Shown one piece after another: positions 56,468-56,623 of a stretch of 56,623 nt of DNA (position 1 is the first letter of the stretch; each line of letters begins with the position of its first letter). A program made the position numbers and the translations under genes. The stretch is from an uncultured virus (IMG/VR IMGVR_UViG_3300030101_003884) (Duplodnaviria > Heunggongvirae > Uroviricota > Caudoviricetes): the IMG/VR virus record IMGVR_UViG_3300030101_003884; one strand, given 5' to 3'. Under the pieces are notes generated by a model that was not told where the DNA came from, made no database searches, and saw only the letters and a program-made list of their open reading frames with translations.

Positions 56468-56501
56468 ATAAAAAAAGGGGCGATGTAAAACACCGCCCCT
56501 T
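56468..56501 (-). terminator. Rho-independent terminator after MCP
   Basis: GGGGCGGTGT-TTT-ACATCGCCCC followed by a T run on the minus strand. Confidence 0.85.
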
Positions 56502-56528
56502 CTCTAAAACCGATTAGGTTATTGACTA

Positions 56529-56623
56529 TTAACTAGTTGGTAAATTTCCATTACCAAAAATACATCTTGGATCAGAGAATCCAAAAGAGTATCTTTCTCT
56601 AGCTTTAAATCTCATATTACCTG
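56529..56623 (-). CDS. Major capsid protein, C-terminal fragment (Mu gpT-like)
   Basis: GNMRFKARERYSFGFSDPRCIFGNGNLPTS*. Confidence 0.85.
   Translation of the reverse strand, partial: GNMRFKARERYSFGFSDPRCIFGNGNLPTS

Noticed and set aside
1..56623. Alternative genetic code, DGR, retron, tRNA or integrase
   Set aside because: Genes translate intact in the standard code; no reverse transcriptase, cloverleaf or recombinase motif was recognised by eye (tRNAscan and HMM searches not run)

Overview
The window is an almost complete (~56.6 kb), AT-rich tailed dsDNA phage genome of podovirus type. Gene content and order suggest a marine alphaproteobacterial (SAR11/Pelagibacter) phage of the HTVC023P-like group; this assignment is from recognition and was not tested by a search. 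The contig opens inside the capsid module: a putative decoration gene runs off the left end, and only the C-terminus of the Mu-gpT-like major capsid protein is present at the right end. Modules are: head/packaging (scaffold, GroES, portal, TerL, TerS); a GC-richer early region with its own promoters lying between TerL and TerS; an iteron-like repeat locus; replication (PolA with L762, UvrD-like and SNF2 helicases, primase, SSB-like protein, exonuclease); internal virion and tail proteins; two glycosyltransferases and a methyltransferase; an antisense cassette of five 2OG-Fe(II) oxygenases plus a sulfotransferase-like gene; holin, M15 endolysin; a free-standing LAGLIDADG endonuclease; and many Lys/Arg-rich proteins. 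No integrase, RNR, tRNA or CRISPR array was recognised. The most interesting unexplained signals are: (1) two Irr/ICE iron-control boxes at the early promoter and the putative origin; (2) a genome-wide, strand-biased 7-nt-period YCG(G/T) motif that cuts across reading frames; (3) a shared xxGG motif in about ten basic proteins; (4) ACGAG arrays and structured RNA leaders in the early region; (5) a probable Mu-gpT-DE-like pseudoknotted RNA downstream of the capsid gene.
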